From NCBI GenBank assembly GCA_003218945.1, contig QHPE01000150.1, positions 665-64,664 of the forward strand: 64,000 bases of DNA, in the 5' to 3' direction. Every line of letters begins with the position of its first letter. Within the stretch, counting starts at the first letter, position 1. A model generated the notes under the pieces. It saw only the letters and a list, made by a program, of their open reading frames with translations. It had not been told where the DNA came from and did no database searches. Below, piece after piece: positions 7,745 through 17,765 of this stretch. Position numbers and translations under genes: made by a program. Source of the DNA: Verrucomicrobiota bacterium (GTDB taxonomy: Bacteria; Verrucomicrobiota; Verrucomicrobiia; Chthoniobacterales; UBA10450).

Positions 7745-9592
7745 TCATGACACCTGAGTGCCGCCCCCGCCGACGGGCCGACAAAATTCGTGGAGCTGTT
7801 CCTGCAGGTCAAGAATTTGTTTTTGTAAATTTACGATCTCACCGGCGCTCAGCTCCGGCAGTTTGATTCGGTTTTTTGCTGCCTCCAGGCGGCGACGCAC
7901 AACACCCTGGCAAATTCCCTGCCACCACTTCTCGACCATTGTCTCGGTGGCTGTGGGCATCTTTTGAAGCAGCCATAAGGAAATGAGCCGTTCCTCCTCT
8001 GGGGAAAGCGTCGCCATGAACGCGTTCAGCGATGCAGGGTCATCTGGTTGCAGTTCGCTTTCCAGAATCCGAATCAGAATGCCCGAGTCCGGGACGTGTT
8101 CGAGGAGCTCGCGCCATTTTTGGGCGCGAAGGAAATTCCGCGCGGTTTCATCGCGCAACGCGAGAAGGCAGAGCATCGCGATGTCGTGCGCGGGAGTGGG
8201 AGCCGAGGGAGCAGCGGCTGCTGCTTCGATTGTTCCCGCACGTTCGCGCTGTGGCTTGGGTAAGAGAGTTTCAAAATCTGATTTCGAAACACCTAGTCTG
8301 GAGCTGACCTTGCTTGCCAACTCACCCCGCAAGAAGGGATCCCGAGTGTATGATAGGGCGACTGCCATTTGCCTAGCCAACTGCATTTTCGCCGTTATAG
8401 ATGTGAGATCCGTCTGCTCAGCAGAACGTGCGATCCAGTAATCGAAGAATTCTGGGGCTTCCGCGATACGTTTTTCAAACGCTTCTTTTCCCTCACGTTG
8501 AATCAATGAATCCGGATCCTCACCAGCCGGTATTTCGGCAATACGCACAGTCAACTCGTACGCGAAAGCATTGAACCATGCGCGATCCTTCTGCAATAGC
8601 GCTTCGAGAGAACGCTCAGCTGCTTTCATCCCGGCGGCGTCTGCATCGAAGCACAGTACGACTTCATCAACATAGCGCTTCAGGATTCGCGCCTGATTGT
8701 CCGTGAACGCAGTCCCCTGCGGCGCCACGACATTCGTGATGCCTGCTTCGAACAAGCTGATCAAATCAAGTTGCCCTTCGCACACGATCGCACAGTTCGC
8801 CTCGATCAGTGCCCGCTTGGATTTGTGTAATCCGAAAAGCACGTTGCCCTTTCGGAAAAGTGGCGTCTCGGGCGAGTTCAAATATTTCGCCGCGCCTTCC
8901 TCGTCCTTCAGCAGGCGCCCGCTGAACGCGATGACTTCGCCAATGTCATTGCAGATTGGAAACATGATACGGTCGCGAAACCGATCGTAGGCACTCTGGC
9001 GTCGGTGCGTTTCATTCTCGTCCTTTGTCTTGAGCACGCCGCCCGTAATGAGTTCGCGCGTGTCATAGCCTTGCGCCCGCGCCCAACCGCCAAACGCGTC
9101 CCATTCATCCGGCGCATATCCAAGCTGCCATCGTTTCGCTATCTCCCCAGTGATTCCGCGCTGTTTTAAATATTTGCGTGCGGGTTCACCGATTTCTTTT
9201 TTGATCAAATTTTCATGGAACCATTCCGCCGCTTCAGCATGTAACTTCAGCAGATTCTTGCGTGTCTCGTATTGTCGATCTTCGTCCGACGCACCACGCT
9301 TTTCGACCACTGTGACGCCGGCGCGCGCTGCGAGCTTGCGCACCGCCGAAGGAAAATCGATGTGCTCATAATCCATGACGAACCGGAAAACGCTGCCGCC
9401 TGCGCCGCAGCCGAAGCAATGAAAGGTCTGTCGGCTCGGGCTCACTGTGAACGACGGCGTTTTCTCCTGATGAAAGGGGCAGAGCGCCTTGAAATTTGCT
9501 CCTGCGCGTTTCAGCGGAAAATAGGAGCCGATTACTTCGACGACATCGTTTGCGGCGGCGACTTGCTCAATTGTTTCTGATGGAATTGCCAC
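7745..9592 (-). CDS. dnaG: DNA primase DnaG
   Basis: The CHC2 zinc finger reads [29 protein letters not shown]. The Toprim region includes [12 protein letters not shown] and [12 protein letters not shown]-terminal helicase-interaction-like region follows. Confidence 0.95.
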   Translation of the reverse strand: MAIPSETIEQVAAANDVVEVIGSYFPLKRAGANFKALCPFHQEKTPSFTVSPSRQTFHCFGCGAGGSVFRFVMDYEHIDFPSAVRKLAARAGVTVVEKRGASDEDRQYETRKNLLKLHAEAAEWFHENLIKKEIGEPARKYLKQRGITGEIAKRWQLGYAPDEWDAFGGWARAQGYDTRELITGGVLKTKDENETHRRQSAYDRFRDRIMFPICNDIGEVIAFSGRLLKDEEGAAKYLNSPETPLFRKGNVLFGLHKSKRALIEANCAIVCEGQLDLISLFEAGITNVVAPQGTAFTDNQARILKRYVDEVVLCFDADAAGMKAAERSLEALLQKDRAWFNAFAYELTVRIAEIPAGEDPDSLIQREGKEAFEKRIAEAPEFFDYWIARSAEQTDLTSITAKMQLARQMAVALSYTRDPFLRGELASKVSSRLGVSKSDFETLLPKPQRERAGTIEAAAAAPSAPTPAHDIAMLCLLALRDETARNFLRAQKWRELLEHVPDSGILIRILESELQPDDPASLNAFMATLSPEEERLISLWLLQKMPTATETMVEKWWQGICQGVVRRRLEAAKNRIKLPELSAGEIVNLQKQILDLQEQLHEFCRPVGGGGTQVS

Positions 9593-9634
9593 AGGGAAAC
9601 TGGCAAGATTATCCGCGTCTGATCAATTGAAAAC

Positions 9635-11038
9635 ATGAAGATTTGGCCGATCAGCATTTGCGTCGCTTGTGTCCTCAGCGTCGCTGCGCCAGCTACTGCC
9701 AGCGAAACGATTCACAAAGGCGATGTCGTCGTGGTACCATTGCACGGCGAAGTTTCGCCTTCGCTGCTGGCGTTCCTGCGGCGCGCAGTGAAAACGGCCG
9801 AGAGCAACGAAGCTTCCGGGATCGTGTTCGACATGAACACTTACGGCGGGCGCCTCGATACAGCGGCCGAGATTGTGAACGCGCTCAACCAAATCAAAAT
9901 CCCCACTTACACTTTCATCAACACAAACGCGGGATCGGCTGGCGCGCTCATCGCGGTCGCTACGCAACACGTTTACATGGCGCCGGTGAGTGCAATCGGC
10001 GCCGCAGCGCCGATCCTGCCGACGGGCGAAGATCTTCCGTCCACGGCCAGGGAAAAAACGATTTCGTATTGGTCTGCGCTCGTCCGAGGTTCGGCGATTA
10101 AGAACGGCCACAATCCCGACGTCGCTGAAGCATTCATGAACAAGGACAAAGAGGTAAAAATCGGCGACCGCGTCGTGCATCCAAAAGGTGCGGTGCTAAC
10201 CCTCAACGCGCAGGAAGCCACCGAAAAGATCAACGGCAAACCGCTACTGGCTGAAGGCATTGTCGATTCGGTCGGGGATCTGACCAAGCGAGCTGGACTC
10301 AAAGACAACATCATGAGGATCGAGCCAACTGGCTTTGAGCAGCTTGCATTTTGGATTACTGCGCTTGCGCCGTTGCTGCTGCTCGGCGGAATCCTCGGAG
10401 CCTATTTGGAATTCAAGATTCCCGGAGCGACCTGGCCCGGGGTTATCTCTGCAATTTGTTTTGCCCTCTTTTTCCTCGGCCATTATCTCGCCGGACTCGC
10501 CGGCTGGGAGGTCGTTGCGCTCTTCGTTCTGGGAATGGTTCTGGTACTGATCGAAATACTTTTCTTCGCGCACAGCACGATCATTTTCGGAGTTCTCGGA
10601 GTATTTCTCATCATCGGATCCCTGCTCTGGACGATGATCGACCGTTATCCGCAGCAACCTTTTCTCCCGACCGGCAAAATGCTTGCCATCCCATTGCTCA
10701 ACATGTTCATCGCGCTCGTGGGAGCGTTGATCGTGATTGCGCTCCTTGCGCGTTATCTTCCGCGCACCAGTTTCTACCGACGCTTTGCGTTGATCGATTC
10801 AAATCCTCCCGGACCATCTCTCGCCGGCGCGCCGCGACACTTCGCAACCGCACTGGCGCTCGCGCCCGGAATGCAAGGAACCGCTGTCACCGTGTTGCGA
10901 CCCAGCGGCAAAGCGCGTTTCGCCGATCACGTTGTCGATGTGGTCACCGAAGGAGAATTCATCAGCCAAAAAACGCCAGTCACTGTGATCCAAACCGACG
11001 GGATGCGCGTGGTAGTGAAGAGCGCCATTCAGGTCTAG
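9635..11038 (+). CDS. NfeD-family membrane-bound ClpP-class serine protease
   Basis: It has a signal peptide and a ClpP/SppA-like domain (VFDMNTYGGRLDTAAEIVNAL...NAGSAGALIA). A block of 4-5 transmembrane helices follows, then a C-terminal NfeD OB-fold (GTAVTVLRPSGKARFADHVVDVVTEGEFISQKTPVTVI). Confidence 0.85.
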   Translation: MKIWPISICVACVLSVAAPATASETIHKGDVVVVPLHGEVSPSLLAFLRRAVKTAESNEASGIVFDMNTYGGRLDTAAEIVNALNQIKIPTYTFINTNAGSAGALIAVATQHVYMAPVSAIGAAAPILPTGEDLPSTAREKTISYWSALVRGSAIKNGHNPDVAEAFMNKDKEVKIGDRVVHPKGAVLTLNAQEATEKINGKPLLAEGIVDSVGDLTKRAGLKDNIMRIEPTGFEQLAFWITALAPLLLLGGILGAYLEFKIPGATWPGVISAICFALFFLGHYLAGLAGWEVVALFVLGMVLVLIEILFFAHSTIIFGVLGVFLIIGSLLWTMIDRYPQQPFLPTGKMLAIPLLNMFIALVGALIVIALLARYLPRTSFYRRFALIDSNPPGPSLAGAPRHFATALALAPGMQGTAVTVLRPSGKARFADHVVDVVTEGEFISQKTPVTVIQTDGMRVVVKSAIQV

Positions 11039-11048
11039 TCAATCTTGG

Positions 11049-11249
11049 TTATCCACCAGCAACGACGCGGATGAATTCGATCTGGTCGCCTTCAGCAAGT
11101 GAGCGCTCTGGCCATTCGTGTCGATGCAAGGCCAGGCCGTTGTGCTCCACCAAAATCGATTGCGGCGGCAATTCATAGCGCTCGATAAGCTCGGCGATCG
11201 TTTTCGCTTCGCGAGTGTCCACAGATTCGCCGTTGACTGCAATCTTCAT
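11049..11249 (-). CDS. thiS: Sulfur carrier protein ThiS
   Basis: The 66-aa product MKIAVNGESV...DQIEFIRVVAGG ends in GG. Its ATG overlaps the thiH stop codon (ATGA). Confidence 0.85.
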   Translation of the reverse strand: MKIAVNGESVDTREAKTIAELIERYELPPQSILVEHNGLALHRHEWPERSLAEGDQIEFIRVVAGG

Positions 11250-12376
11250 ACGCGGCAAAGCGCCTGATCCCAATCTTTCCAAACCGGCTCGAGCCCGCGA
11301 CGGCGAAGGAGTGCGGCGATTTCGGCGGGGGAACGTTCGTCGCTGATCTCAAATTGGCCGGTGGCAATTTGATCTTCGCCGTCCTGGTATTCCGGCGCGA
11401 GGATGCGGCCACGCAAAGTGCGATGCAAATGTTCACGGCCTTGCCGGGTGTAACCGCCGGGCTCGGTATGACTGCCGGCGCTCATCATTGTAACGCCCAT
11501 GGAAGCCAAAGCATTGCGGAGCGGCGCGCGCTCGCGCGTGCTGAGCACGATCCCAACCTGCGGGAACATGATGCGCAACGCGCACACCAATTGCACAAGC
11601 TCGCGGTCGCTCATTGTGAATAGCGGGCGAAATCCACCGGGTGCCGGACGCAAACGAGGCACGCTCACCGTGATCTGCGCTTGCCAGCAGCGTTTGAACA
11701 AATGTTCCAAGTGTGCAGCTAGCGCGACGGCGTCATCCTGCCATCGCGACAAGCCGATGAGAGCACCAATGCCGAGCCGCCGAAAACCGGCCGCGTAGCC
11801 GCGTTCCGTGCATTCAAGGCGATAATCAAAATCGCGTTTCGGCCCAGCCGTGTGCATCTCGGCATACACACCACGATTGTAGGTCTCCTGATAAACGACG
11901 AGGCCTTCGGCGCCAGCCTCGACAATTGGCACATAATCCTCGGTATCCATCGGGCCGACCTCAATGGAGATCGATGAAAAATCGAGCGCGAGCGCGCGCA
12001 CGCACTCGGCGAGATAACCGCCACTCACAAATTTCGGATGCTCGCCCGCGACTAGAAGGATTTGGCGAAATCCGTGCCGCGCGAGATGCTGCGCTTCGGC
12101 CACAACTTCATCGACGGTAAGCGTGACGCGCAGGATCGGATTGTCCCGCGAGAAACCGCAATACCGGCAGTTATTGACGCATTCGTTTGAAAGATATAGC
12201 GGCGCGAACAGGCGCATCGTGCGCCCAAAGTTTTGCATTGTCACAGCGCGGGAAGCTTGCGCCATCGATTCAAGTTCCTGATCCGTTTTTGGGGTGATCA
12301 GATGCTCGAAGCGCCCAATCAGCTCCGACTTTTTCAAGACAAGGCTGTCCAATGTCTCTGCAAACGACATCAGCAT
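11246..12376 (-). CDS. thiH: 2-iminoacetate synthase ThiH (radical SAM)
   Basis: The radical SAM cluster motif is CVNNCRYCGF, within a ThiH/BioB-like fold. The ATG at 12376 is preferred, because the ORF-track start at 12442 sits inside the upstream terminator hairpin. Confidence 0.85.
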   Translation of the reverse strand: MLMSFAETLDSLVLKKSELIGRFEHLITPKTDQELESMAQASRAVTMQNFGRTMRLFAPLYLSNECVNNCRYCGFSRDNPILRVTLTVDEVVAEAQHLARHGFRQILLVAGEHPKFVSGGYLAECVRALALDFSSISIEVGPMDTEDYVPIVEAGAEGLVVYQETYNRGVYAEMHTAGPKRDFDYRLECTERGYAAGFRRLGIGALIGLSRWQDDAVALAAHLEHLFKRCWQAQITVSVPRLRPAPGGFRPLFTMSDRELVQLVCALRIMFPQVGIVLSTRERAPLRNALASMGVTMMSAGSHTEPGGYTRQGREHLHRTLRGRILAPEYQDGEDQIATGQFEISDERSPAEIAALLRRRGLEPVWKDWDQALCRV

Positions 12377-12415
12377 AATTTCGTGCGCAGGGCTAGATTC
12401 GCAAATTGGCGTTAC

Positions 12416-12448
12416 AAAAAGGCGGCGTCCAATGTTCCGCACGCCGCC
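12416..12448 (-). terminator. Rho-independent terminator of the outer membrane protein gene
   Basis: On the minus strand the hairpin is GGCGGCGT-(12 nt)-ACGCCGCC, followed by TTTTT. It starts 21 nt after the stop of the 12469-13170 gene. Confidence 0.8.
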
Positions 12449-12468
12449 GATGCAAATGCCTTAACGAC

Positions 12469-13170
12469 TTAGAAAGCGAAACTTACGCCGGTGCGCACCA
12501 TACCAAAGTTATTTTCTGGTCCGTTCACGAAATTCCAGCTGAAATCACTGACCCAACCTATGTGCGGCGTAAGACGTATCTCAAGCCCGCCGCCGACCTG
12601 ACCTAGCGCCTCGGTTTGCGCTCCTGTAAAGCCTTCGGTCTGGACGATGTCAAAACCTTCTCCCTCTTCAACCACGCGTACATTTTTCGGCCGCTGGCCA
12701 CCACCAAAAATGGCCCCGCCGCCTCCGAAAATATATGGGGAGAAACGGGTGCAAGAAATTGGATAACGCAGCGTCAATGTCCCCAACACAGCTCCAATGG
12801 TGTTGGTGGCACGGCCGATATTGCTCTCAAAGATCCCATCGCTGAAATCGACGAAAGTACTTTCGCGCGCCTGTCTGGCGCTCGCCGCCCATCCTTCAAT
12901 TCCGACGCCGAAATAACGCATGAAGAAGTATTTGATATCTCCGCCACCACCCCAAGCATGGTCAGCTCCTATATAGCGGTCATTAGCCCACTCAGTTCCG
13001 GTGAAAATGTAGGTACCCCAGAGGCTGACGTTAATTTCCCTGTCCGCGTACCACTCCGGGCAAGGAGAGGGAGCAACCTGCTTCATTTCTTTTCCGGAAT
13101 ACTCTGTTCCTGCGAGACCGGACGAAGCGACTACACCAACCCCAAACAGGCACAACACTAACTGCTTCAT
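12469..13170 (-). CDS. Outer membrane beta-barrel protein (OmpW/OMP_b-brl-like)
   Basis: The signal peptide is MKQLVLCLFGVGVVASSGLAG. The body shows alternating amphipathic strands with Gly-rich turns. The C-terminus is VSFAF, with the terminal Phe typical of outer membrane proteins. An AAGGAGA RBS is present. Confidence 0.75.
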   Translation of the reverse strand: MKQLVLCLFGVGVVASSGLAGTEYSGKEMKQVAPSPCPEWYADREINVSLWGTYIFTGTEWANDRYIGADHAWGGGGDIKYFFMRYFGVGIEGWAASARQARESTFVDFSDGIFESNIGRATNTIGAVLGTLTLRYPISCTRFSPYIFGGGGAIFGGGQRPKNVRVVEEGEGFDIVQTEGFTGAQTEALGQVGGGLEIRLTPHIGWVSDFSWNFVNGPENNFGMVRTGVSFAF

Positions 13171-13308
13171 CTGTTTCTCCTTTTGGTTAAGTTCCCATGC
13201 AAACGTTGCGCGTCTCAGTCAATAAACCACTCCGCGGCACATTCGGATGCCATGAGTCTGAGGTTAGTCGCCGGAAATTGCAAGCTTTTTGAGCGCTTGC
13301 CGACCGGC

Positions 13309-14883
13309 TCAGGGTTTCAATTCCACCCCTGTATTCGCGTCTGTGATGGTAAACTTCTCGTGGTGAAAGCTGGGGTCGCCCCGAAACATCAGGCGCCCTG
13401 CGTAACGGCGCTCGAGTTCCACCAGCAGTTCTTCGTCTTCCTCTTTTAATCGCTTCAGAACATCAGGGTTAAGGATCACCCGAATGTCGTGGATGGAGTC
13501 CTGGTATTTGCGCATGACGGTGTTGAGGGTCCTGTGCAATTCCACGCTCGTAGTCATGGTCGTTTTCACTACCCCGCGCCCGCTGCAGTAGGGACAATTT
13601 TCATAAATCGTGTCGCTGAGGCTTTCCTGTGCCCTTTGTCGGGTCATCTCCATGAGGCCAAGCTGCGAAATGGGAAGCACATGCGTTCTGGCCTTGTCAC
13701 GCTTGAGCCGTTCCTTCATCAGATTATAGACCGACTGTTGATCTTTGCGGCTTTTCATGTCGATGAAATCGGCAATGATCAACCCACCGATGTTGCGTAA
13801 TCGCAGCTGCCGCGCAATCTCGTCTGCTGCTTCGAGATTCGTTTGCAAGATTGTTTTTTCGACATCGCGCCCACCTTTGTTTCGGCCAGTGTTCACGTCG
13901 ATGGCCACCAGCGCTTCGGTTTCGTCGATTACAATATAGCCACCGCACTTCAGCCAAACCTGGCGATGAAACGCGTCATCGATCTGTTTCTGCACACCGT
14001 ACGTCTCGAAGATAGGCGTCGCACCGTCGTAGTGCCGAACGCGGTTCCGCGCGCGCCGGGAGATTTGCCCCACCATGTCAGCCATCCGATCGGTCGCCGC
14101 GCCATCGTCACAAACGATTTCGTTGATCTCTTCCGTGAGAAAATCGCGCACCGTTCGTTCGACCAAATCCGGCTCTTCAAATAGCGTACAGGGCGCGGGC
14201 TTGTCTTGAATGGCCTGATCGACTTTGGCCCATTGATCGAGAAGAACTTGCAGGTCGCGCACAAAATACCGCGCGCGTTGACCTTCTCCGACTGTGCGGA
14301 TGATGACGCCGACGCCATCAGGAATATCCAGTTGACGAAGAATTTTGCGCAGCCGCTCACGTTCCTTCGGTTCCTCGATTTTTCGAGAGATACCGCTGCG
14401 ATCGCTGAACGGCATCAGCACCAAATAGCGACCGGCAAAACTGAGATTGGTCGTGACGCGCGGCCCCTTGGTGCCGATTGGGCCTTTGGTAACCTGCACG
14501 ATCACATCCGAACCCACCGGGTAAATGGTGGGGATGTCTTTAACGGTGATCCGCTTGCGGGGGCGCTTATTCGAGCGCCTGTCGATTTCTTCGACCCCGC
14601 TGTCGAGCGCCGCGGGAATCGCATCCCAAAAATGGAGGAAAGCGTTCTTTTCGAAGCCGATGTCAACAAACATCGCCTTCAAACCCATCTCGATGTTTTT
14701 GACTTTGCCCTTGTAAACGCTGCCTACGATGTTCCGCGCGCTCTTACGCTCAACACTGTATTCCTCGAGGCGGCCACCCTCGAGCAAAGCCACACGGGTC
14801 TCGAGTTTCTCCACGCTCAGTATGAGTTTGTTGCCGGTCTTGCGTGAAGGCAGACCCAAAATCTTTCTTACCTTGTCTATCAT
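13309..14883 (-). CDS. rng: Ribonuclease G (RNase E/G family)
   Basis: The S1 domain reads VGSVYKGKVKNIEMGLKAMFVDIGFEKNAFLH. The catalytic core is conserved (GGYIVIDETEALVAIDVNTG, GGLIIADFIDM, CPYCSGRG). The 524-aa size fits RNase G rather than RNase E. Confidence 0.9.
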   Translation of the reverse strand: MIDKVRKILGLPSRKTGNKLILSVEKLETRVALLEGGRLEEYSVERKSARNIVGSVYKGKVKNIEMGLKAMFVDIGFEKNAFLHFWDAIPAALDSGVEEIDRRSNKRPRKRITVKDIPTIYPVGSDVIVQVTKGPIGTKGPRVTTNLSFAGRYLVLMPFSDRSGISRKIEEPKERERLRKILRQLDIPDGVGVIIRTVGEGQRARYFVRDLQVLLDQWAKVDQAIQDKPAPCTLFEEPDLVERTVRDFLTEEINEIVCDDGAATDRMADMVGQISRRARNRVRHYDGATPIFETYGVQKQIDDAFHRQVWLKCGGYIVIDETEALVAIDVNTGRNKGGRDVEKTILQTNLEAADEIARQLRLRNIGGLIIADFIDMKSRKDQQSVYNLMKERLKRDKARTHVLPISQLGLMEMTRQRAQESLSDTIYENCPYCSGRGVVKTTMTTSVELHRTLNTVMRKYQDSIHDIRVILNPDVLKRLKEEDEELLVELERRYAGRLMFRGDPSFHHEKFTITDANTGVELKP

Positions 14884-14955
14884 AAAAATTAAGGGGTTGG
14901 CCGGTCATCAGCCAAACTGCCGATGCGAACTGTGTTGGCGATTCTGACCGAAGAT

Positions 14956-17226
14956 TCATCTTGTACTTGTACGCTGACGGCTAGGCGGCGGAGGCGGAGG
15001 AGCCTGCCGAGGATGTACTCCAAAGAGCCGTTGGAAGAAGTTGCGGGGGGCGGCGGGCGCGGCCGGGACAGCGCGGGCCACGGGAGCATTTCCTCGCCGA
15101 CGCACTTTTCCCTGAGAATCTGCTTCTGGTTCGACGTCAGGCGAAGCGTCTGAGCTTGCCATTTGCACAGTGGCACTCTGCGATTGGTCTGGACTTTCTT
15201 CGTCGTCGCCTCCGAGGTTGCCTCCCGCATCATGAAAGCTCACTGCTTTGATCAATTGGAGCGGATTGGCCTTATGTGCGGGCGCTAGCCAAGCCACCTG
15301 CATATCGAACTTGTCTTCATCCTGCGCGAGCGTGCGTTCCAGAATGCGTGTAGCAATCGGGCCCGCGACCTCGCCGCCGTGTCCGGAGGCGCCCTGTACC
15401 ATCACTACGACAACATACTTCGGATGGTCAAATGGCGCGAAACAGGCAAACCACGCCACGTTTTCCTCGTGTCCGCGGTCGGTGGCCTGCGCCGTCCCGG
15501 TTTTCCCCGCCACCACCCAATCCTTCAAGCGCGCTCTGCCACCGGTGCCGCCATCTTCATTAACAACTTTCCAAAGGCCTTTGCGCACAACGTCAATTTT
15601 GTCAGGTGAGATTTCCTGACGTAAATCCGATCGCACACGCGGCGATGGCGTTGCCGGATTGCCTCGCTCATCCAGAACCGGAGAGCCGTCTTGCTTCAAA
15701 ACTTTGTCGACCAGACGTGGGTAATAGCAGATGCCGCCATTTGCGATTGTCGCGTAGGCCATCGCCAATTGAAGTGGCGAAACAAGCGTGTATCCCTGGC
15801 CAATCGAAACATTGGCCGTTTGCGCCTGGGACCATCTCTCCTGGGCATGGTGAATTTGCATCCACTCCGGCCCCGGCATATTGCCGGTTTGTTCTCCTGA
15901 CAGTTGGAGCCCGGATTCTTCGCCAATTCCCAACATTTTCCCAACGACATCGATTGACTGAATGCCAGCTGCGTTTCCGTACTGATAGAAGAAGGAGTCA
16001 CATGACACCTTAAGCGCATCCGCGAGTCCGATGTTGCCGTGCGTGTAATGCTTTTCGGCTACCCAACATCGGAAAAAGTGATCGCCGTAACTCACACCGC
16101 CGCCGCAGCTGTAATGCGCGTTTAGGAGATTTTTGGTGCCGCGCAATCCGGCGAGGGACGTGATGAGCTTAAATGTAGAGCCTGGCGGTAGGCAGCTAAT
16201 CGCGCGGTTGACCAGGGGGTCGCCCTCGTCTTTCTGCAGCGTTGTCCAATCCTTCGCCTTGATGCTCGGGATGAAAGTATTTGGATCGAATGAGGGAACA
16301 GAAGCCATCGCCAGAATGTTGCCATTGTTCGGATCGACAACTACTGCACCCGCCCGGCTTACGGCGCGCAGCGCTTCCTCCGTAATCGCTTGGATGCGCG
16401 CATCGAGCGTGAGGAAAACGTTGGCGCCTTGCTCCGGGGGATCTTCCCGCAAGATTCCATCAATGGTGCCCTTCGCGTTGCGCCGTAAATAACGCACTCC
16501 AGGTTTCCCGCGCAGGTACTCGTCCATGGTTCTTTCCACGTTCGATTTTCCTTCTACGTCTCCCTGGTAAAACGTAAATTTCGCTGCGTCCTCTTTATCG
16601 ATGTCGTTTGGCATGCCGACGTAACCCAGAAGATGCGCGGCAAGCCCGCCATAAATGTAAGAACGCACGGGTTTGATGGTGAGTTCTACCCCCGGCAAAC
16701 CGACATCATGTTCCGAAAATTTCGCCAAAGTAGGAAAGTCGATGTCTTTAACGTAGGAGTATGGGACTTCGGTATCGTTGCGATAGTGTTTCTGTAACCG
16801 GCCTGCGTTGTAATCGCGTGCAAGATCGAGATCGTTGAGCCGTGGGACGATGCCGTTATTGACAATCCTGATGATGTCCGGTTCCTTCAGGTCTTTCGGC
16901 ATTCCATTAATGGTTGCTCGATACTCGGTCACTGGCGGCTGACCAAAGCGTTCGCGATAGCCTTTGACCATTTCCGGCAGGTAAAAATCGACCTCATAAC
17001 TAGCGCGGTTTTGGACAAGCGTAAGGCCATTGCGGTCTTTGATTTCGCCGCGCACCGATGGAATGCGGACAGTGGCTTGAGAGCTGCCGCGAATCTGCAC
17101 CGTCCATTCCGCGCCGTGCGCCACCTGTATCCACCAAAGTCGAAGACCGAGTGAGCCGACGCCCAAGAGCATGAACAGCCCGAGGAATTGAATGCGCAAA
17201 CGGTAACTGAGGCGGTGCTTTCTCAT
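14956..17226 (-). CDS. mrdA: Penicillin-binding protein 2 (elongasome transpeptidase) with a long low-complexity C-terminal tail
   Basis: The S-x-x-K motif is in PPGSTFKL, and the KTG motif is GKTGTA. It has an N-terminal transmembrane anchor and a PBP dimerisation domain. The ATG at 17226 overlaps the mreD stop codon (ATGA). Confidence 0.9.
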   Translation of the reverse strand: MRKHRLSYRLRIQFLGLFMLLGVGSLGLRLWWIQVAHGAEWTVQIRGSSQATVRIPSVRGEIKDRNGLTLVQNRASYEVDFYLPEMVKGYRERFGQPPVTEYRATINGMPKDLKEPDIIRIVNNGIVPRLNDLDLARDYNAGRLQKHYRNDTEVPYSYVKDIDFPTLAKFSEHDVGLPGVELTIKPVRSYIYGGLAAHLLGYVGMPNDIDKEDAAKFTFYQGDVEGKSNVERTMDEYLRGKPGVRYLRRNAKGTIDGILREDPPEQGANVFLTLDARIQAITEEALRAVSRAGAVVVDPNNGNILAMASVPSFDPNTFIPSIKAKDWTTLQKDEGDPLVNRAISCLPPGSTFKLITSLAGLRGTKNLLNAHYSCGGGVSYGDHFFRCWVAEKHYTHGNIGLADALKVSCDSFFYQYGNAAGIQSIDVVGKMLGIGEESGLQLSGEQTGNMPGPEWMQIHHAQERWSQAQTANVSIGQGYTLVSPLQLAMAYATIANGGICYYPRLVDKVLKQDGSPVLDERGNPATPSPRVRSDLRQEISPDKIDVVRKGLWKVVNEDGGTGGRARLKDWVVAGKTGTAQATDRGHEENVAWFACFAPFDHPKYVVVVMVQGASGHGGEVAGPIATRILERTLAQDEDKFDMQVAWLAPAHKANPLQLIKAVSFHDAGGNLGGDDEESPDQSQSATVQMASSDASPDVEPEADSQGKVRRRGNAPVARAVPAAPAAPRNFFQRLFGVHPRQAPPPPPPSRQRTSTR

Positions 17227-17765
17227 TCTAGCTGCCCTCTTTCCGGACTGTATGAATAGGCCGTCATCCGACTGAGCCATTGCAAACCCCAAAAGAAAAC
17301 CGGCGCGATGGCCATTGCGATCAGACCTGGCCCGGCAATCTGCCACCAGATTTCAGGAGTAAACACTAGCGAACCGCGGCGAAACGTGATCATGAGATAT
17401 TGCGCGAGAACTATTAACGAAGTAAAAACGCCGCTCAGGATGCAATGCACCTCCCAGTGGCCGCGGGCAAAGAGCGGTCGCAGGCCATGCATTATTCCTG
17501 CCAGCACACCGTAGAGAAGTATCGATGATCCGGCTGAGATTTCAACCTTGCCGCCAATCACCTGAACAGTAAGCGCATCCAGCAGGACGCCCGCGAACAA
17601 GGCCAGCGCGAGCATAAGGGGAAAGGGCAAAGCCATTGCACCATAGAAAACAATTACCGGCACAATGTAAACATGCGCATTATAGAGCCACGGCAGTGCG
17701 GGGATCAACAGTTCGGTGATCTGTGCCACCAGGACCAGCAACAAGAGACAAGCAAAAAAAATCAT
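17223..17765 (-). CDS. mreD: Rod shape-determining protein MreD
   Basis: This 180-aa polytopic membrane protein sits between mreC and mrdA. It has 4-nt overlaps with both neighbours. Confidence 0.8.
   Translation of the reverse strand: MIFFACLLLLVLVAQITELLIPALPWLYNAHVYIVPVIVFYGAMALPFPLMLALALFAGVLLDALTVQVIGGKVEISAGSSILLYGVLAGIMHGLRPLFARGHWEVHCILSGVFTSLIVLAQYLMITFRRGSLVFTPEIWWQIAGPGLIAMAIAPVFFWGLQWLSRMTAYSYSPERGQLE

Noticed and set aside
10351-11178. A 275-aa + strand ORF, plus several 100-190 aa antisense ORFs across the NfeD gene
   Set aside because: The translation is Arg/Ser/Cys-rich and falls in an alternative frame of a well-supported gene. These are typical GC-rich shadow ORFs.
12377-12468. 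Expected a TPP riboswitch upstream of thiH
   Set aside because: Only about 90 nt are available, and they are occupied by a canonical terminator hairpin for the upstream outer membrane protein gene. No CUGAGA or ACCUGAUCUGG-type boxes are present.
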